Source of the DNA: Actinomycetota bacterium
Lineage (GTDB): Bacteria; Actinomycetota; Actinomycetes; JAKEEW01
Reading direction: 5' to 3'
Assembly (NCBI GenBank): GCA_046725875.1
Contig: JBKOZJ010000090.1
Location: 1 to 36,752, forward strand
DNA length: 36,752 bases
Part shown: positions 11,431-20,942 of the stretch, piece by piece
Layout: each line of letters begins with the position of its first letter
Numbering within the stretch: position 1 is the stretch's first letter
Program-made: the position numbers and the translations under genes
Notes under the pieces: model-generated
What the model was told of the DNA's origin: nothing
The model's database searches: none
Seen by the model: only the letters and a program-made list of their open reading frames with translations

Positions 11431-12138
11431 TCAGCCGCCGCCGACATACCAGTTTGCGACCTGCTGCCCCCAGAAGATCCCCGCGAAGGCTCCCGCCAGC
11501 ATCGCGGGACCAAAGGGGATCGCGCTCCGGCGATTTACCCGCCGCGCGAGGAGCAAGACCAGCCCGGCAATCCCGCCCGCGAAGACGCCGAGCACCGCGC
11601 CGATCGCGAGCACCCCCCAGCCGAGCCAACCGAGGTGCAGACCGAGCAGGCCGGCGAGCTTGACATCACCGAACCCGAGCCCGGCCGGATGCGCCAAGAC
11701 GAGCAGGAAGTAGGCGCCGTAGAGCGCCGCCATTCCACCGATGGCCCGCACATAGCTACCACCATCGTCATCCACGGCACTTGCCACGCCGAGCAGCAAA
11801 AGACCAATCGGATAGGACGGGAGCACCAGTGCGTTGGGCAACCGATGGTGTACGACATCGATGGCCGCGAGGACGACGGCCAAAGCCGCCAGATACAGGA
11901 ACGCCGGTAATTCTGCCGTCAACCCCAACCGCGCCGTGACCGCCCCGAACAGCACGCCGGTAGCCAACCCGAACGGCAGTGCGGACCGAAGCGAGCCACG
12001 CTGAACCCCCGCGCCAGATCCGTCCCATCGAGTTCGCCGCGCCAGAACGGGTCGCCCGTCCGGAACCCGCTCGACAACCCCGGGTAGGAAGAGCCCAACC
12101 CCCGCGCCGGCCAGGCCGGCCGCCACCGCCTCGACCAT
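11431..12138 (-). CDS. A24 prepilin peptidase
   Basis: Multiple TM segments; catalytic Asp motifs AIDVVHHRLPN and GLGFGDVKLAG; C-terminal IPFGP. Confidence 0.9.
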   Translation of the reverse strand: MVEAVAAGLAGAGVGLFLPGVVERVPDGRPVLARRTRWDGSGAGVQRGSLRSALPFGLATGVLFGAVTARLGLTAELPAFLYLAALAVVLAAIDVVHHRLPNALVLPSYPIGLLLLGVASAVDDDGGSYVRAIGGMAALYGAYFLLVLAHPAGLGFGDVKLAGLLGLHLGWLGWGVLAIGAVLGVFAGGIAGLVLLLARRVNRRSAIPFGPAMLAGAFAGIFWGQQVANWYVGGG

Positions 12139-12213
12139 CGGCCGAACAGTACAGCTCCTCGCGATGGACCGTCAGGCATCCGCGACAAGTGATCCTTGAT
12201 CGTTGAAAGACGT

Positions 12214-12243
12214 ATCAAAGTGTCCGTGGCGGGACACTTCGAT
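12214..12243 (-). terminator. Hairpin downstream of aroE
   Basis: Minus-strand AUCGAAGUGUCC-CGCCAC-GGACACUUUGAU, 12 bp with one G-U, 14 nt after the aroE stop. Confidence 0.55.
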
Positions 12244-12257
12244 CCACCTTTTGGCGA

Positions 12258-13211
12258 TCACGAACGATCGTCCGCTCGATTAATTGCGGTCGTCCGCTGT
12301 CTCCGGCGGGCGGCGAGGGCTCCTTCGCCGGCGGCTCGCATCGCCTCGAGGGGTGCCGGGCGGAGCCCGCTCATCAATTCGACTTGGAGTGCCGCCTGTT
12401 GGACGAGCAGGTCGAGACCGCAGACGACCCGGCCGCCGGCCTCCGTCCATGCGGCAGCAAGCGGCGTCGGCCAGGGGTCGTACGCCACGTCGAAGAGCAC
12501 GCGCGGCTGGGGCACGATCTCCACGGCTGCGAGATCGCCACCGGTCTCCCGGGCGAGGAGCCAGGTCGCCAGCACATGAGTGGCGGCCGCCGGGACCGTT
12601 GAGATCAGCAGATCTGCGGTCAAGGCATCCGCCACCTCGCTCCACGGGCGCAGGTGAACGGCCATACCAAGCCGATCACGGGTCTCTCGTACACCCGTGG
12701 CGCGAACCTCGGATCGGACGTAGACGGTCACCTCGCCCACATCGAGCTTCGAGAGAACGGCAAGCGCCGACGAGGCGGTGGCGCCGCCCCCCAGCATCGC
12801 TACCGTGCCGGGTTCCTTGGCGCCGGGCGCCGTCCCGAGCGCCGCGAGCATCCCCGGCACGTCCGTGTTGTCCCCGACCGTTCCCTCCGGAGTGAATAGG
12901 ACGGTATTAACGGCGCCGGCGAGCCGGGCAACCGGGCTCAGATCGTCCATCAGAGGGATTGCGGCGCGCTTGAGCGGCATTGTCAACGAAAGGCCGACCC
13001 ACGACCCATCGAGGCTGGCGAGGAAGCCGGGCAGCGCTGCCTCGCTCACCTCGATGGCGTCGTACGACCAGTCGAGGTCGAGGGCGCCATAGGCGGCACG
13101 ATGCAGCACAGGTGAGAGCGAGTGGGCGATCGGCGACCCCAGCACCGCACATCGTCGTTGCGTTGCCGCGACATCCTTGGGGTCATCGCCCAGGGCTCTC
13201 GATGGCCTCAT
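12258..13211 (-). CDS. aroE: Shikimate dehydrogenase
   Basis: GSPIAHSLSP, SLTMPLK, GAVNT, DNTD, GGGATA, DVAYDPWPT, LVQQAALQ. Confidence 0.95.
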   Translation of the reverse strand: MRPSRALGDDPKDVAATQRRCAVLGSPIAHSLSPVLHRAAYGALDLDWSYDAIEVSEAALPGFLASLDGSWVGLSLTMPLKRAAIPLMDDLSPVARLAGAVNTVLFTPEGTVGDNTDVPGMLAALGTAPGAKEPGTVAMLGGGATASSALAVLSKLDVGEVTVYVRSEVRATGVRETRDRLGMAVHLRPWSEVADALTADLLISTVPAAATHVLATWLLARETGGDLAAVEIVPQPRVLFDVAYDPWPTPLAAAWTEAGGRVVCGLDLLVQQAALQVELMSGLRPAPLEAMRAAGEGALAARRRQRTTAINRADDRS

Positions 13212-13241
13212 CGGCCCCGTGTCCGGAGGATGTGGCCTGGG

Positions 13242-14375
13242 TCAGTGGGTCCTGAGCCACTTCTGCAGCTCGGCGACGTTCTTCTCGTGCTGTGCATCGG
13301 TGGTCGCGAACTTCGTCTCGCCAGTCTCGGGGTTGACGGTCACAAAGTACAGCCAACCGCCCTTTGCCGGAGCCAGCGCGGCCTCGAGCGCCCGCTCGCC
13401 GGGCGAGTTGATCGGGCTCGGTGGCAACCCGCCACGCCGGTATGTGTTGTACGGGGAGTCGATCCGGCGCTGCCTCGCCGTCGTCGTGACGATGCCCTTC
13501 ACCTTGGCGGCGTAGTGGACGGTCGAGTCGAGCTGGAGCCGCATGCCCTTGGCGAGTCGGTTGTAGATGACCCTGGCCACCTTCGGAAAGTCCTCGGGGT
13601 GTTTCGCCTCCGCCTGGACCAGGCTTGCCACGACCAACACCTGATATGGAGACCGCCTTAGCTGCGCCGATCGCCCGTCGAGGTCCAGCTTCTCCGCGAC
13701 TGTGTTGAAGTTGTCGACCATCTCCTGGAGCAGCCCCTTGGCTGTGGTTCCCGGTGTGACGTCGTAGGTGGCCGGGAAGAGGAAGCCCTCCAGGTTCCCC
13801 TGGGCGTAGCCGGGGAGCCCCAGTGTCTGAGGTTTCTTCATGGCGGCCTGGAAGTCCTTCAGCGGCAGGTCGCTGCGCTTGGCCAGCAGCTCGAGCGCAT
13901 CGTTCAGCCACACTCCCTCGGGAATGGTCGCCGGCTTGTTGATGCGGTTCTTCTCGTCAAGCAGGGCGGCAAGCGCAAGGCTCGCCTTCATTTGCTTCCT
14001 GAGCCGGTAGTAGCCAGGCTGGATTGTCGCGGCCTCCAGCTCGGCTCGGGCGACGCTCAGGAATGCACCGGCGGTCCTTACCACACCGGCGTCCTCGAGC
14101 GTGTTTGCGATGGAGCGGGTGGACTGACCCTCCTTGATCTCGACTTGCACCGGCGTCGTGCCAGGACCGGAGTAGTCGGCGTTGATCCCCATGAAACCAC
14201 CGAGCAGCCGTGACCCCGCGTACACGACTCCGCCGATGAGTGCGGCCACGACCAGTAGCGCAAGGATCACGGCCAGCGCCGAGCGGCGGCGCCGGCGCCG
14301 GCGGCGCCGACGACGACTCCGGTCGGGCCGGTCGTAGTAGAGATCGTCGTCGGCCTCGAGGGTCCGATAACTCAT
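13242..14375 (-). CDS. mltG: Endolytic transglycosylase MltG
   Basis: Single TM, IPEG, LEGFLFPATY, ASLVQAE, VARVIYNRL, SPYNTY, GLPPSPINSPG, YFVT. Confidence 0.95.
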   Translation of the reverse strand: MSYRTLEADDDLYYDRPDRSRRRRRRRRRRRSALAVILALLVVAALIGGVVYAGSRLLGGFMGINADYSGPGTTPVQVEIKEGQSTRSIANTLEDAGVVRTAGAFLSVARAELEAATIQPGYYRLRKQMKASLALAALLDEKNRINKPATIPEGVWLNDALELLAKRSDLPLKDFQAAMKKPQTLGLPGYAQGNLEGFLFPATYDVTPGTTAKGLLQEMVDNFNTVAEKLDLDGRSAQLRRSPYQVLVVASLVQAEAKHPEDFPKVARVIYNRLAKGMRLQLDSTVHYAAKVKGIVTTTARQRRIDSPYNTYRRGGLPPSPINSPGERALEAALAPAKGGWLYFVTVNPETGETKFATTDAQHEKNVAELQKWLRTH

Positions 14376-14830
14376 TCAGCTGCCTCGACAACTTGGCCGG
14401 GTGGCCTTCCGGTGCCACGCTCGATGTCGAGCGCGCTCTGCAAGATCACGACAGCGGCCTCCTGGTCGACGACGGCTCTCACCCTACGTCCCCGCACGCC
14501 CGTCTCCTGTAGCCGGCGGTGAGCATCGGCGGTCGATAGACGCTCATCGAGCAGTCTGACCGGAACCGGAGCCAATATTCGAGACAATGGGCTAACAAAT
14601 TGTCGGACATATGACGCAGACGGGCCTATTTCGCCGCGCAGGGTCCGGGGCAAACCGACCACAACCTCGATCGCCGCCCTTTCCGTGGCTATTGCGGCAA
14701 TGCGTTCGAGATCTCCCCTTCCGCGCTTCACCGTCTCAACCGGGCTCGCCAGCATGCCCTCAGGGTCGCTCGCGGCGACCCCGATGCGCACGGCGCCGAC
14801 GTCGATCCCGACCCGCACCCCGGCCCGCAT
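14372..14830 (-). CDS. ruvX: RuvX/YqgF family nuclease
   Basis: ATG at 14830 after GGAGGTGAGG; GIDVGAVRIGVA, VVGLP, DERLST, VDQEAAVVILQ. Confidence 0.94.
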   Translation of the reverse strand: MRAGVRVGIDVGAVRIGVAASDPEGMLASPVETVKRGRGDLERIAAIATERAAIEVVVGLPRTLRGEIGPSASYVRQFVSPLSRILAPVPVRLLDERLSTADAHRRLQETGVRGRRVRAVVDQEAAVVILQSALDIERGTGRPPGQVVEAAE

Positions 14831-14962
14831 CCTCACCTCCGCATCGGCAGCGGACTCGCCGCTGGTCCGGCGAGACCACCGGTGTCCGACTGGGAATACC
14901 GCCGCGCCAGCGGGACCAGGGGTAGGGGCGCCGGGATTGAATGAACGGGCCATCCACCAGGA

Positions 14963-17647
14963 TTAGGCGGAGCCGGCCTGGTGAGCTGCCACCGCCTGCT
15001 CGATCCGGGCGAGCGCCGCATCAACCGCGGTGGGGTCGGTACCGCCACCCTGAGCGACGTCGTCCTTTCCGCCGCCGCCCCCGCCCAGCACGGTTGCAGC
15101 CTCCCGTACCAGCAACCCAGCCTTGAGGCCGGCCTCCCGTCCCCGATCGTTGACCGCGACCACGACGAGTGGCCGCGCACCGGTAACAGCAGCGGTCGCG
15201 ACCACCGCCGGCCAGTTGCCGGGCAACCGGCCGCGCACGTCGAGGGCGAGCCGGCGCAGATCGTCCACGGTCGTTCCGTCCGGCGCTTGATGGCCCACGT
15301 ACAGTGTCCCGGCAAGGTCGGCCGGTGAGGCGGCGAGCTCTCTGGCCGCCGCGAGCACCTGCGCCGCTCGCACCCGTTCGAGTTCCTTCTCGACTTCCCG
15401 CAGCCGGGCCACGACCGAGTTGATCCGATCCGGGAGCTCGTCCGGGCGCGCCTTGAACTGCTCGGAGAGCAACGCGACGAGGACGTGCTCGCGGGCGAGA
15501 TACCGGTAGGCGTCGACCCCGACCAGCGCCTCCACGCGGCGCACTCCCGCGCCGATCGACGACTCTCCGAGCAGCTTGACCAGGCCGAGCTGCCCGGAGC
15601 GCGGGGCGTGGGTGCCGCCGCACAGCTCCCGGGCCCAGTCGCCGACCGACACGACGCGCACCTCGTTGCCGTACTTCTCGCCGAACAGTGCCAGCGCGCC
15701 GATCGACTGCGCCGCCTGCTGCGACATGATCTCGGCATGTACCGGCAGGTCTTCATCGAGCAACTCGTTTACTCGCTGCTCGACGTCCTCCAGGACCGAC
15801 GGCGGCACCGCGCCGGTAGCGGTGAAGTCGAAGCGGAACCGGCCCGGGGAGTTCTCCGATCCGGCCTGGGCCGCGGTCTCGCCCAGCGCCTCGCGGAACG
15901 CCTTATGCACCATGTGAGTTGCGGTGTGCGCACGCGAGATAGCGCGCCGCCGCTCCACGTCGACTTCCGCCATCGCTGTCTCCCCCGGCACGACCTCACC
16001 GGCCACGATCCGAGCGTGATGGACGATCAGACCCGGCAGCGGCTGCTGGACGTCGGAGACCTCCACGTAGGCACCGCTGTCGAGCCGGATGATGCCGCGG
16101 TCGGCGAGCTGACCGCCACCCTCGGCGTAGAACGGGGTGCGGTCGAGCACGAGTTCGATCTCGTCACCCTCGGCGGCCGAGTTCGCCGGCTCGCCATCGA
16201 GCAACAGGCCACCGACCGTGCCCTCGCTGGCAACCTCGTCGTAGCCGGTGAAGGCCGACCGGCCGGTCTGGTCGAGCAGTCTCCGATAGGCCGACGGGTC
16301 GGCCGCGCCTTGCTTGCGGCGCGCCGCATCGGCCTTCGCCCGCTCGCGCTGCTCGGTCATCAGGGCCCGGAAGCCCTCCTGGTCGACGGTGAGCCCGGCT
16401 TCCTGCGCCATCTCCAGGGTCAGGTCGATCGGGAAGCCGAAGGTGTCGTGCAGCTGGAAGGCCTTCGACCCGGGCAGCACCGTCCCACCGGCTTGCTTGG
16501 TCTCGGCCACGGCCGCGTCGAAGATCTGCGTGCCCTGCCGGAGAGTGCGCAGGAACGCCGCCTCCTCCGCCTCAGCGACCGCGCGGATCCGGGTGGCCTC
16601 GTGATACAGCTCGGGATACTGCGGTTCCATCGCCTCGATGGTCACGTCGACGAGTTGGCGCATCGTCGGCTCGTGCGCGCCGAGCGTGCGCATGTTGCGG
16701 ATGACCCGGCGCATGATGCGGCGGAGCACATAGCTGCGGCCTTCGTTGCCCGGGGTCACGCCGTCGCCGATAAGCATGACCGCGCTGCGCGAGTGGTCGG
16801 CGACGATGCGCAGCGAGATGTCCGCCTTCGAGTCCCCCGTACCGTAGCGGCGACCGGTGAGCTCGCTCGCCCGGTCGAGGATCATCCGCAGCACATCGGT
16901 CTCGTAGACATTGTCAACGCTTTGAAGAACAGTCGCGACCCGCTCGATACCCATTCCGGTGTCGATGTTCTTCGCGGGCAGCGGCCCGGCAACGTCGAAG
17001 TCGTCCTTGCCGCGGACGGCGCTAAGGATCTCCTGCATGAAGACGAGGTTCCACAGCTCGAGGTAGCGGTCCTCGTCGGCGACCGGTCCACCGTCCCGGC
17101 CGTAAGCGGGACCGCGGTCGTAGAAGATCTCCGAGCAGGGCCCACCCGGACCGGGCACGCCCATGTGCCAGTAATTGTCCTTGAGTCCGCGACGCTGGAT
17201 CCGGTCGGCCGGAATGCCGACCTTACGCTGCCAGATCTCCGCCGCCTCGTCGTCGTAGTGGTAGACGGTGACCCACAGCCGGTCCGGCTCCAGCCCGTAG
17301 CCGCCGGCAGGCACCGGCGTCGTGAGCAACTCCCAGGCGAGCGGGATCGCAGTCTCCTTGAAGTAATCGCCGAAGGAGAAGTTTCCGGCCATTTGGAAGA
17401 ACGTGTTGTGCCGTGTGGTCTTGCCGACCTCGTCGATGTCGGGTGTTCGCACACATTTCTGTACGCTCGCGACCCGCGGCGCAGGCGGTGGAGCCTCACC
17501 GAGGAAGTACGGCTTGAACGGCACCATCCCCGCCGGGACGAGCAGCAGCGTCGGATCGTCGGCGATCAGCGATGCAGACGGCAGGACGGTATGCGCGCGC
17601 TCCTCGAAGAAGCGCAGAAAGCGGCGCCGGATCTCGGCGGTCTCCAT
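14963..17647 (-). CDS. alaS: Alanine--tRNA ligase
   Basis: [47 protein letters not shown] editing site, GGGGGGK C-terminus. Confidence 0.98.
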   Translation of the reverse strand: METAEIRRRFLRFFEERAHTVLPSASLIADDPTLLLVPAGMVPFKPYFLGEAPPPAPRVASVQKCVRTPDIDEVGKTTRHNTFFQMAGNFSFGDYFKETAIPLAWELLTTPVPAGGYGLEPDRLWVTVYHYDDEAAEIWQRKVGIPADRIQRRGLKDNYWHMGVPGPGGPCSEIFYDRGPAYGRDGGPVADEDRYLELWNLVFMQEILSAVRGKDDFDVAGPLPAKNIDTGMGIERVATVLQSVDNVYETDVLRMILDRASELTGRRYGTGDSKADISLRIVADHSRSAVMLIGDGVTPGNEGRSYVLRRIMRRVIRNMRTLGAHEPTMRQLVDVTIEAMEPQYPELYHEATRIRAVAEAEEAAFLRTLRQGTQIFDAAVAETKQAGGTVLPGSKAFQLHDTFGFPIDLTLEMAQEAGLTVDQEGFRALMTEQRERAKADAARRKQGAADPSAYRRLLDQTGRSAFTGYDEVASEGTVGGLLLDGEPANSAAEGDEIELVLDRTPFYAEGGGQLADRGIIRLDSGAYVEVSDVQQPLPGLIVHHARIVAGEVVPGETAMAEVDVERRRAISRAHTATHMVHKAFREALGETAAQAGSENSPGRFRFDFTATGAVPPSVLEDVEQRVNELLDEDLPVHAEIMSQQAAQSIGALALFGEKYGNEVRVVSVGDWARELCGGTHAPRSGQLGLVKLLGESSIGAGVRRVEALVGVDAYRYLAREHVLVALLSEQFKARPDELPDRINSVVARLREVEKELERVRAAQVLAAARELAASPADLAGTLYVGHQAPDGTTVDDLRRLALDVRGRLPGNWPAVVATAAVTGARPLVVVAVNDRGREAGLKAGLLVREAATVLGGGGGGKDDVAQGGGTDPTAVDAALARIEQAVAAHQAGSA

Positions 17648-17925
17648 CAACCCCCTCCTTCGTCCTGGCTCTGAAGCTGCTCGAGTGTCGTTTGGTCCGC
17701 CCGCTGGTTGTCGCGCAGCGCCGCAGCAAGCTCGTGCTCGCGCTCCGCCATGCCGGCGCGGACGTCTTCTGCGAACTCTTTGAACTGGTCGCCGAGCTCG
17801 CCGAGATTGCGACCGATATTGCGACCGATCCCGCTTGGGGTGAACGCCTTGGCGGTCTTAGTAACTTGACGCACCATTGCGACTCCCACGGCCGCGCCGA
17901 GCGCGGCCCAGAACAACCTGCGCAT
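17647..17925 (-). CDS. Conserved actinobacterial small membrane protein upstream of alaS (DUF6167-like)
   Basis: [15 protein letters not shown]...[21 protein letters not shown] overlap with alaS. Confidence 0.85.
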   Translation of the reverse strand: MRRLFWAALGAAVGVAMVRQVTKTAKAFTPSGIGRNIGRNLGELGDQFKEFAEDVRAGMAEREHELAAALRDNQRADQTTLEQLQSQDEGGG

Positions 17926-18003
17926 GACTGTGATCCTCGACTAGTGGCGGGTCGCCCGGTCGTTCAGAGGCTCCGGTTCAGCTGAGCCGGGCTCGTCTCA
18001 GCC

Positions 18004-18417
18004 TCAGCTGGACCGGCGGCCGGCGCGCCCAGCGCGCGCGGGGGTCTTGGCCCGGCTCTCGACGTTTCGGCGCGACCGGTCTCTCATCGCCTTGCGTACT
18101 CCATATGTGAATGCGGCCGCCTTGACCAGTGGATTTCCCAGCGTAGCCGCGAACAGGGAGGACAGGCTGCTGGCATTGCTGGCTACCGTCTGCACGCTCG
18201 AGGTGATCGAGTCGACCCGGGTGAGCTGGGCGTTGGCATTGGTCACCGTGGCCGTGACCTCACCCAGCAGTGGAACGGTCTGCTCGGTCACCTCGCTCAC
18301 CAGCACGGTCGTTTCCTTTAGTACCTGCGCGACGTGGACAAGCACATATGCGAGGAAGCAGACGAGGATTGCCCAGAACACGGCGATGATGATGCCCGCG
18401 ACATCCCAGCCACTCAC
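18004..18417 (-). CDS. DUF948 family membrane protein
   Basis: GTG after GGAGGGAG; MSGWDVAGIIIAVFWAILV, coiled segment, PLVKAAAFTYGVRKA. Confidence 0.88.
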   Translation of the reverse strand: MSGWDVAGIIIAVFWAILVCFLAYVLVHVAQVLKETTVLVSEVTEQTVPLLGEVTATVTNANAQLTRVDSITSSVQTVASNASSLSSLFAATLGNPLVKAAAFTYGVRKAMRDRSRRNVESRAKTPARAGRAGRRSS

Positions 18418-18594
18418 CGTGCTTCTCCCTCCGAGGTCCTGCCGACCGGCGCGACGACTTCGCCTCCCCACGACGACACCTGTCACGCAGGGCAAGCTCC
18501 GTGTGAGGGGACACTACCGTGATCTGCCGCGGACGATGTACGTATTCCGCCGGTAAAGTGATCAGTAGGTGCCGGAGGGCTGGGCAACAGCGAG

Positions 18595-18678
18595 GGCGGG
18601 CAGGACGCCGAGATTCGCCTCTTGGCGATCTTCTGGTCACAACCTCTGGAGGTTGGACAATAGGTCGTCCTGCCCGTC
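18595..18678 (-). ncRNA. Candidate structured RNA (three-way junction), family unknown
   Basis: 11-bp closing stem 18597-18607/18666-18676 enclosing two hairpins; promoter-like motif immediately upstream. Confidence 0.4.
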
Positions 18679-18684
18679 GGCACC

Positions 18685-18713
18685 ACTGTCGCGCTGCCGA
18701 GATGGCAGGTCAA
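18685..18713 (-). promoter_or_regulatory. Putative housekeeping-sigma promoter TTGACC-N17-GACAGT
   Basis: -35 at 18713-18708, -10 at 18690-18685; predicted +1 near 18678. Confidence 0.5.
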
Positions 18714-18735
18714 GGGGTCCGATCGAGTGATTCGG

Positions 18736-20130
18736 TCACTGATCGGCGGTCCCATGGAGGGCCGCCCGGATGGCCTCGAGCGCCTCGGCAGCGCGTGCTT
18801 CCGCGCCGTGCCTCGTCGGCTCGTAATAAATCCGGCCAGCCACCGGGTCTGGCGCATACTGCTGGGCGGCAATCGCCCCCGGGAGGTCGTGCGGATACTC
18901 GTACCCCCGCCCATGCCCGAGCCGCTTGGACCCTGGATAGTGGGCGTCGCGCAGGTGCATCGGCACCGGTCCGGCCCGGCCCCGGCGTACGTCCTCGATG
19001 GCGGCGCCGATCGCCCGGACGACCGCATTCGACTTAGGAGCAAGCGAGAGCGCGATGACCGCATGGGCGAGATTGATCGCCGCCTCGGGCAATCCGACGA
19101 GCTGCACAGCCTGCGCCGCCGCGACCGCCGTCTGCAGAGCGGTCGGATCGGCGAGGCCGATGTCCTCGCTGGCGAGGATGACGAGCCGGCGGGCGAGGAA
19201 ACGCGGATCCTCGCCCGCTTCTACCATCCGGGCCAGATAGTGGAGGGCGGCGTCGACGTCGCTTCCCCGGATCGACTTGATGAGCGCGCTCGTCACGTCG
19301 TAGTGCTCGTCTCCCTGCCGGTCGTAGCGCAGCGCTGCCTTGTCGATGGCCTGCTCGACCGCACCTAGGTCGATGGTGTTCTGCCGTCTGGTGCGGGCGA
19401 CCCCCGCGGCTGCCTCTAGGACGGTCAGCGCGCGGCGGGCGTCGGCGCCGGCCAGGTGGATGATGTGCGCGCGCGCGGCCGCCTCGACTTCGAGCTGGCC
19501 GCGTAGCCCGCGCGAGTCGCCGACCGCGCGATCCACGAGCAGCCCAATGTCGTCGTCACCGAGCGGATGCAGCGTCAGCAGAAGGGACCGCGATAGCAAC
19601 GGGCCGATGATCGAGAAATAGGGGTTCTCGGTGGTGGCGGCCACCAGCGTGACCACCCGGTTCTCGACACCGGGCAGCAACGAGTCCTGTTGTGCTTTGG
19701 AAAATCGGTGCACCTCGTCGAGGAAGAGCACGGTCTCGCGGCCACTCATGCCCAACTCGGCGCGTGCCTCGTCCATCACGGCGCGGACGTCCTTCACGCC
19801 GGCGGTTACCGCCGAAAGCTCGACGAACCGGCGATCAGTCGCGGCGCTAACCAGAAACGCCAGGGTTGTCTTGCCAGAGCCGGGCGGTCCCCAGAGGATC
19901 ACCGAGGCGGGCGGTGTCTGTTCGGCGGCCGCGTCGGGCTGGACGAGGCGGCGTAGCGGCGAACCATCGGCGAGCAGATGGTCCTGACCGACCACCTCGT
20001 CGATGCTCCGCGGGCGCATCCGAACCGCCAACGGCGCGCGGGCCTCGACCGCGTCCTGGCCGGCGGCGTCGAACAGGGTCGGCGAGGACCCAGGTGAGCG
20101 CCCCCTTGAAGGCCCCGTGGATCGCTGCAT
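18736..20130 (-). CDS. rarA: Replication-associated recombination protein A
   Basis: [60 protein letters not shown]. Confidence 0.96.
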   Translation of the reverse strand: MQRSTGPSRGRSPGSSPTLFDAAGQDAVEARAPLAVRMRPRSIDEVVGQDHLLADGSPLRRLVQPDAAAEQTPPASVILWGPPGSGKTTLAFLVSAATDRRFVELSAVTAGVKDVRAVMDEARAELGMSGRETVLFLDEVHRFSKAQQDSLLPGVENRVVTLVAATTENPYFSIIGPLLSRSLLLTLHPLGDDDIGLLVDRAVGDSRGLRGQLEVEAAARAHIIHLAGADARRALTVLEAAAGVARTRRQNTIDLGAVEQAIDKAALRYDRQGDEHYDVTSALIKSIRGSDVDAALHYLARMVEAGEDPRFLARRLVILASEDIGLADPTALQTAVAAAQAVQLVGLPEAAINLAHAVIALSLAPKSNAVVRAIGAAIEDVRRGRAGPVPMHLRDAHYPGSKRLGHGRGYEYPHDLPGAIAAQQYAPDPVAGRIYYEPTRHGAEARAAEALEAIRAALHGTADQ

Positions 20131-20260
20131 GCTCCCGACAGTAGGCGATCGGGGTGACAGAGCGTGCCGTCCTGTAAGCCCGGTGCCGATACGTGCTAGC
20201 GCGATTTGTCCGGAACCGGTATTACGAGGGGAGAGTCAATAACGGCGGGAGGCTGGATTC

Positions 20261-20680
20261 ATGGCGTCTAGGACAAGGTTCTCGTCGCGGCGACAGCCGT
20301 CAGGAAAGCTGATCGGCAGCCGTTCCCGCACTCCGCGAAACGCCAAGTCCGCCAAAGCCCCTCCGAATGCCTCGGCCGAGGTGGGCCGGGGGCATCGAAC
20401 GGCGTACGTCCCGCTCAAGCACGGCTCGGAAGCGATCACCGAGCGCTGGTCGCGCACTGGTCGGAAGGGCGCCGCGGCCGCCATCGAAGAGCAGCAGCCG
20501 AGGCCGCAGGTACCGCGGAAACGGCCGGCACCGGTGGTAAGCCCTACCGCTACTCGGGCCGTTCTTTACAAGATTGCCAAGCGGCTTGCAATCAAGGGCC
20601 GGTCAGCCATGACCAAGCGCCAGCTCTTCGAGGCGATCAGCACGCCGGCGCCGGACCGGGTTCGGGCCCGCTCCCGCTGA
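20261..20680 (+). CDS. Small basic protein with C-terminal Rho_N-like helix-extension-helix motif
   Basis: GGGAGG SD; K/R-rich; TRAVLYKIAKRLAIKGRSAMTKRQLFEAI fits the LY..AK...I.GRS.M.K..L..A pattern. Confidence 0.65.
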   Translation: MASRTRFSSRRQPSGKLIGSRSRTPRNAKSAKAPPNASAEVGRGHRTAYVPLKHGSEAITERWSRTGRKGAAAAIEEQQPRPQVPRKRPAPVVSPTATRAVLYKIAKRLAIKGRSAMTKRQLFEAISTPAPDRVRARSR

Positions 20681-20720
20681 GGCGCCGCCGTTAGTCCTGT
20701 CGCCCATACGCCCAGAGCGC

Positions 20721-20825
20721 CACGCCGCAGAGGCCGCTTTATGCCCGTAGGGTCGGCAAAGCAGATATAGCAGATATCAGTCACGAATCGCCCATTCTGG
20801 CCCTAAAGCGGCGACCCGCGGCGTG
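20721..20825. repeat. Long imperfect inverted repeat
   Basis: CACGCCGC (20721-20728)/GCGGCGTG (20818-20825) and GCCGCTTTA (20733-20741)/TAAAGCGGC (20804-20812). Confidence 0.65.
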
Positions 20826-20942
20826 TGGAGCGACGTCGGTCGAACGGATGGCGGAGACATCGTGGCGGGCCCGGGCAATCTCCCTGTCAGTCGCGGGCTA
20901 TAGCGTGGACGCCGTGATCCGCGGGCGACCACATGGCGGTGT

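Noticed and set aside
9376..11910. 844-aa plus-strand ORF
   Set aside because: Antisense shadow of aroK, aroC and the prepilin peptidase; no motifs, typical of high-GC codon bias.
15485..17674. 729-aa plus-strand ORF
   Set aside because: Antisense shadow of alaS.
18418..18735. rpsD remnant (rpsD lies here in Streptomyces)
   Set aside because: No S4-like peptide recognised; rpsD position varies among actinomycetes.
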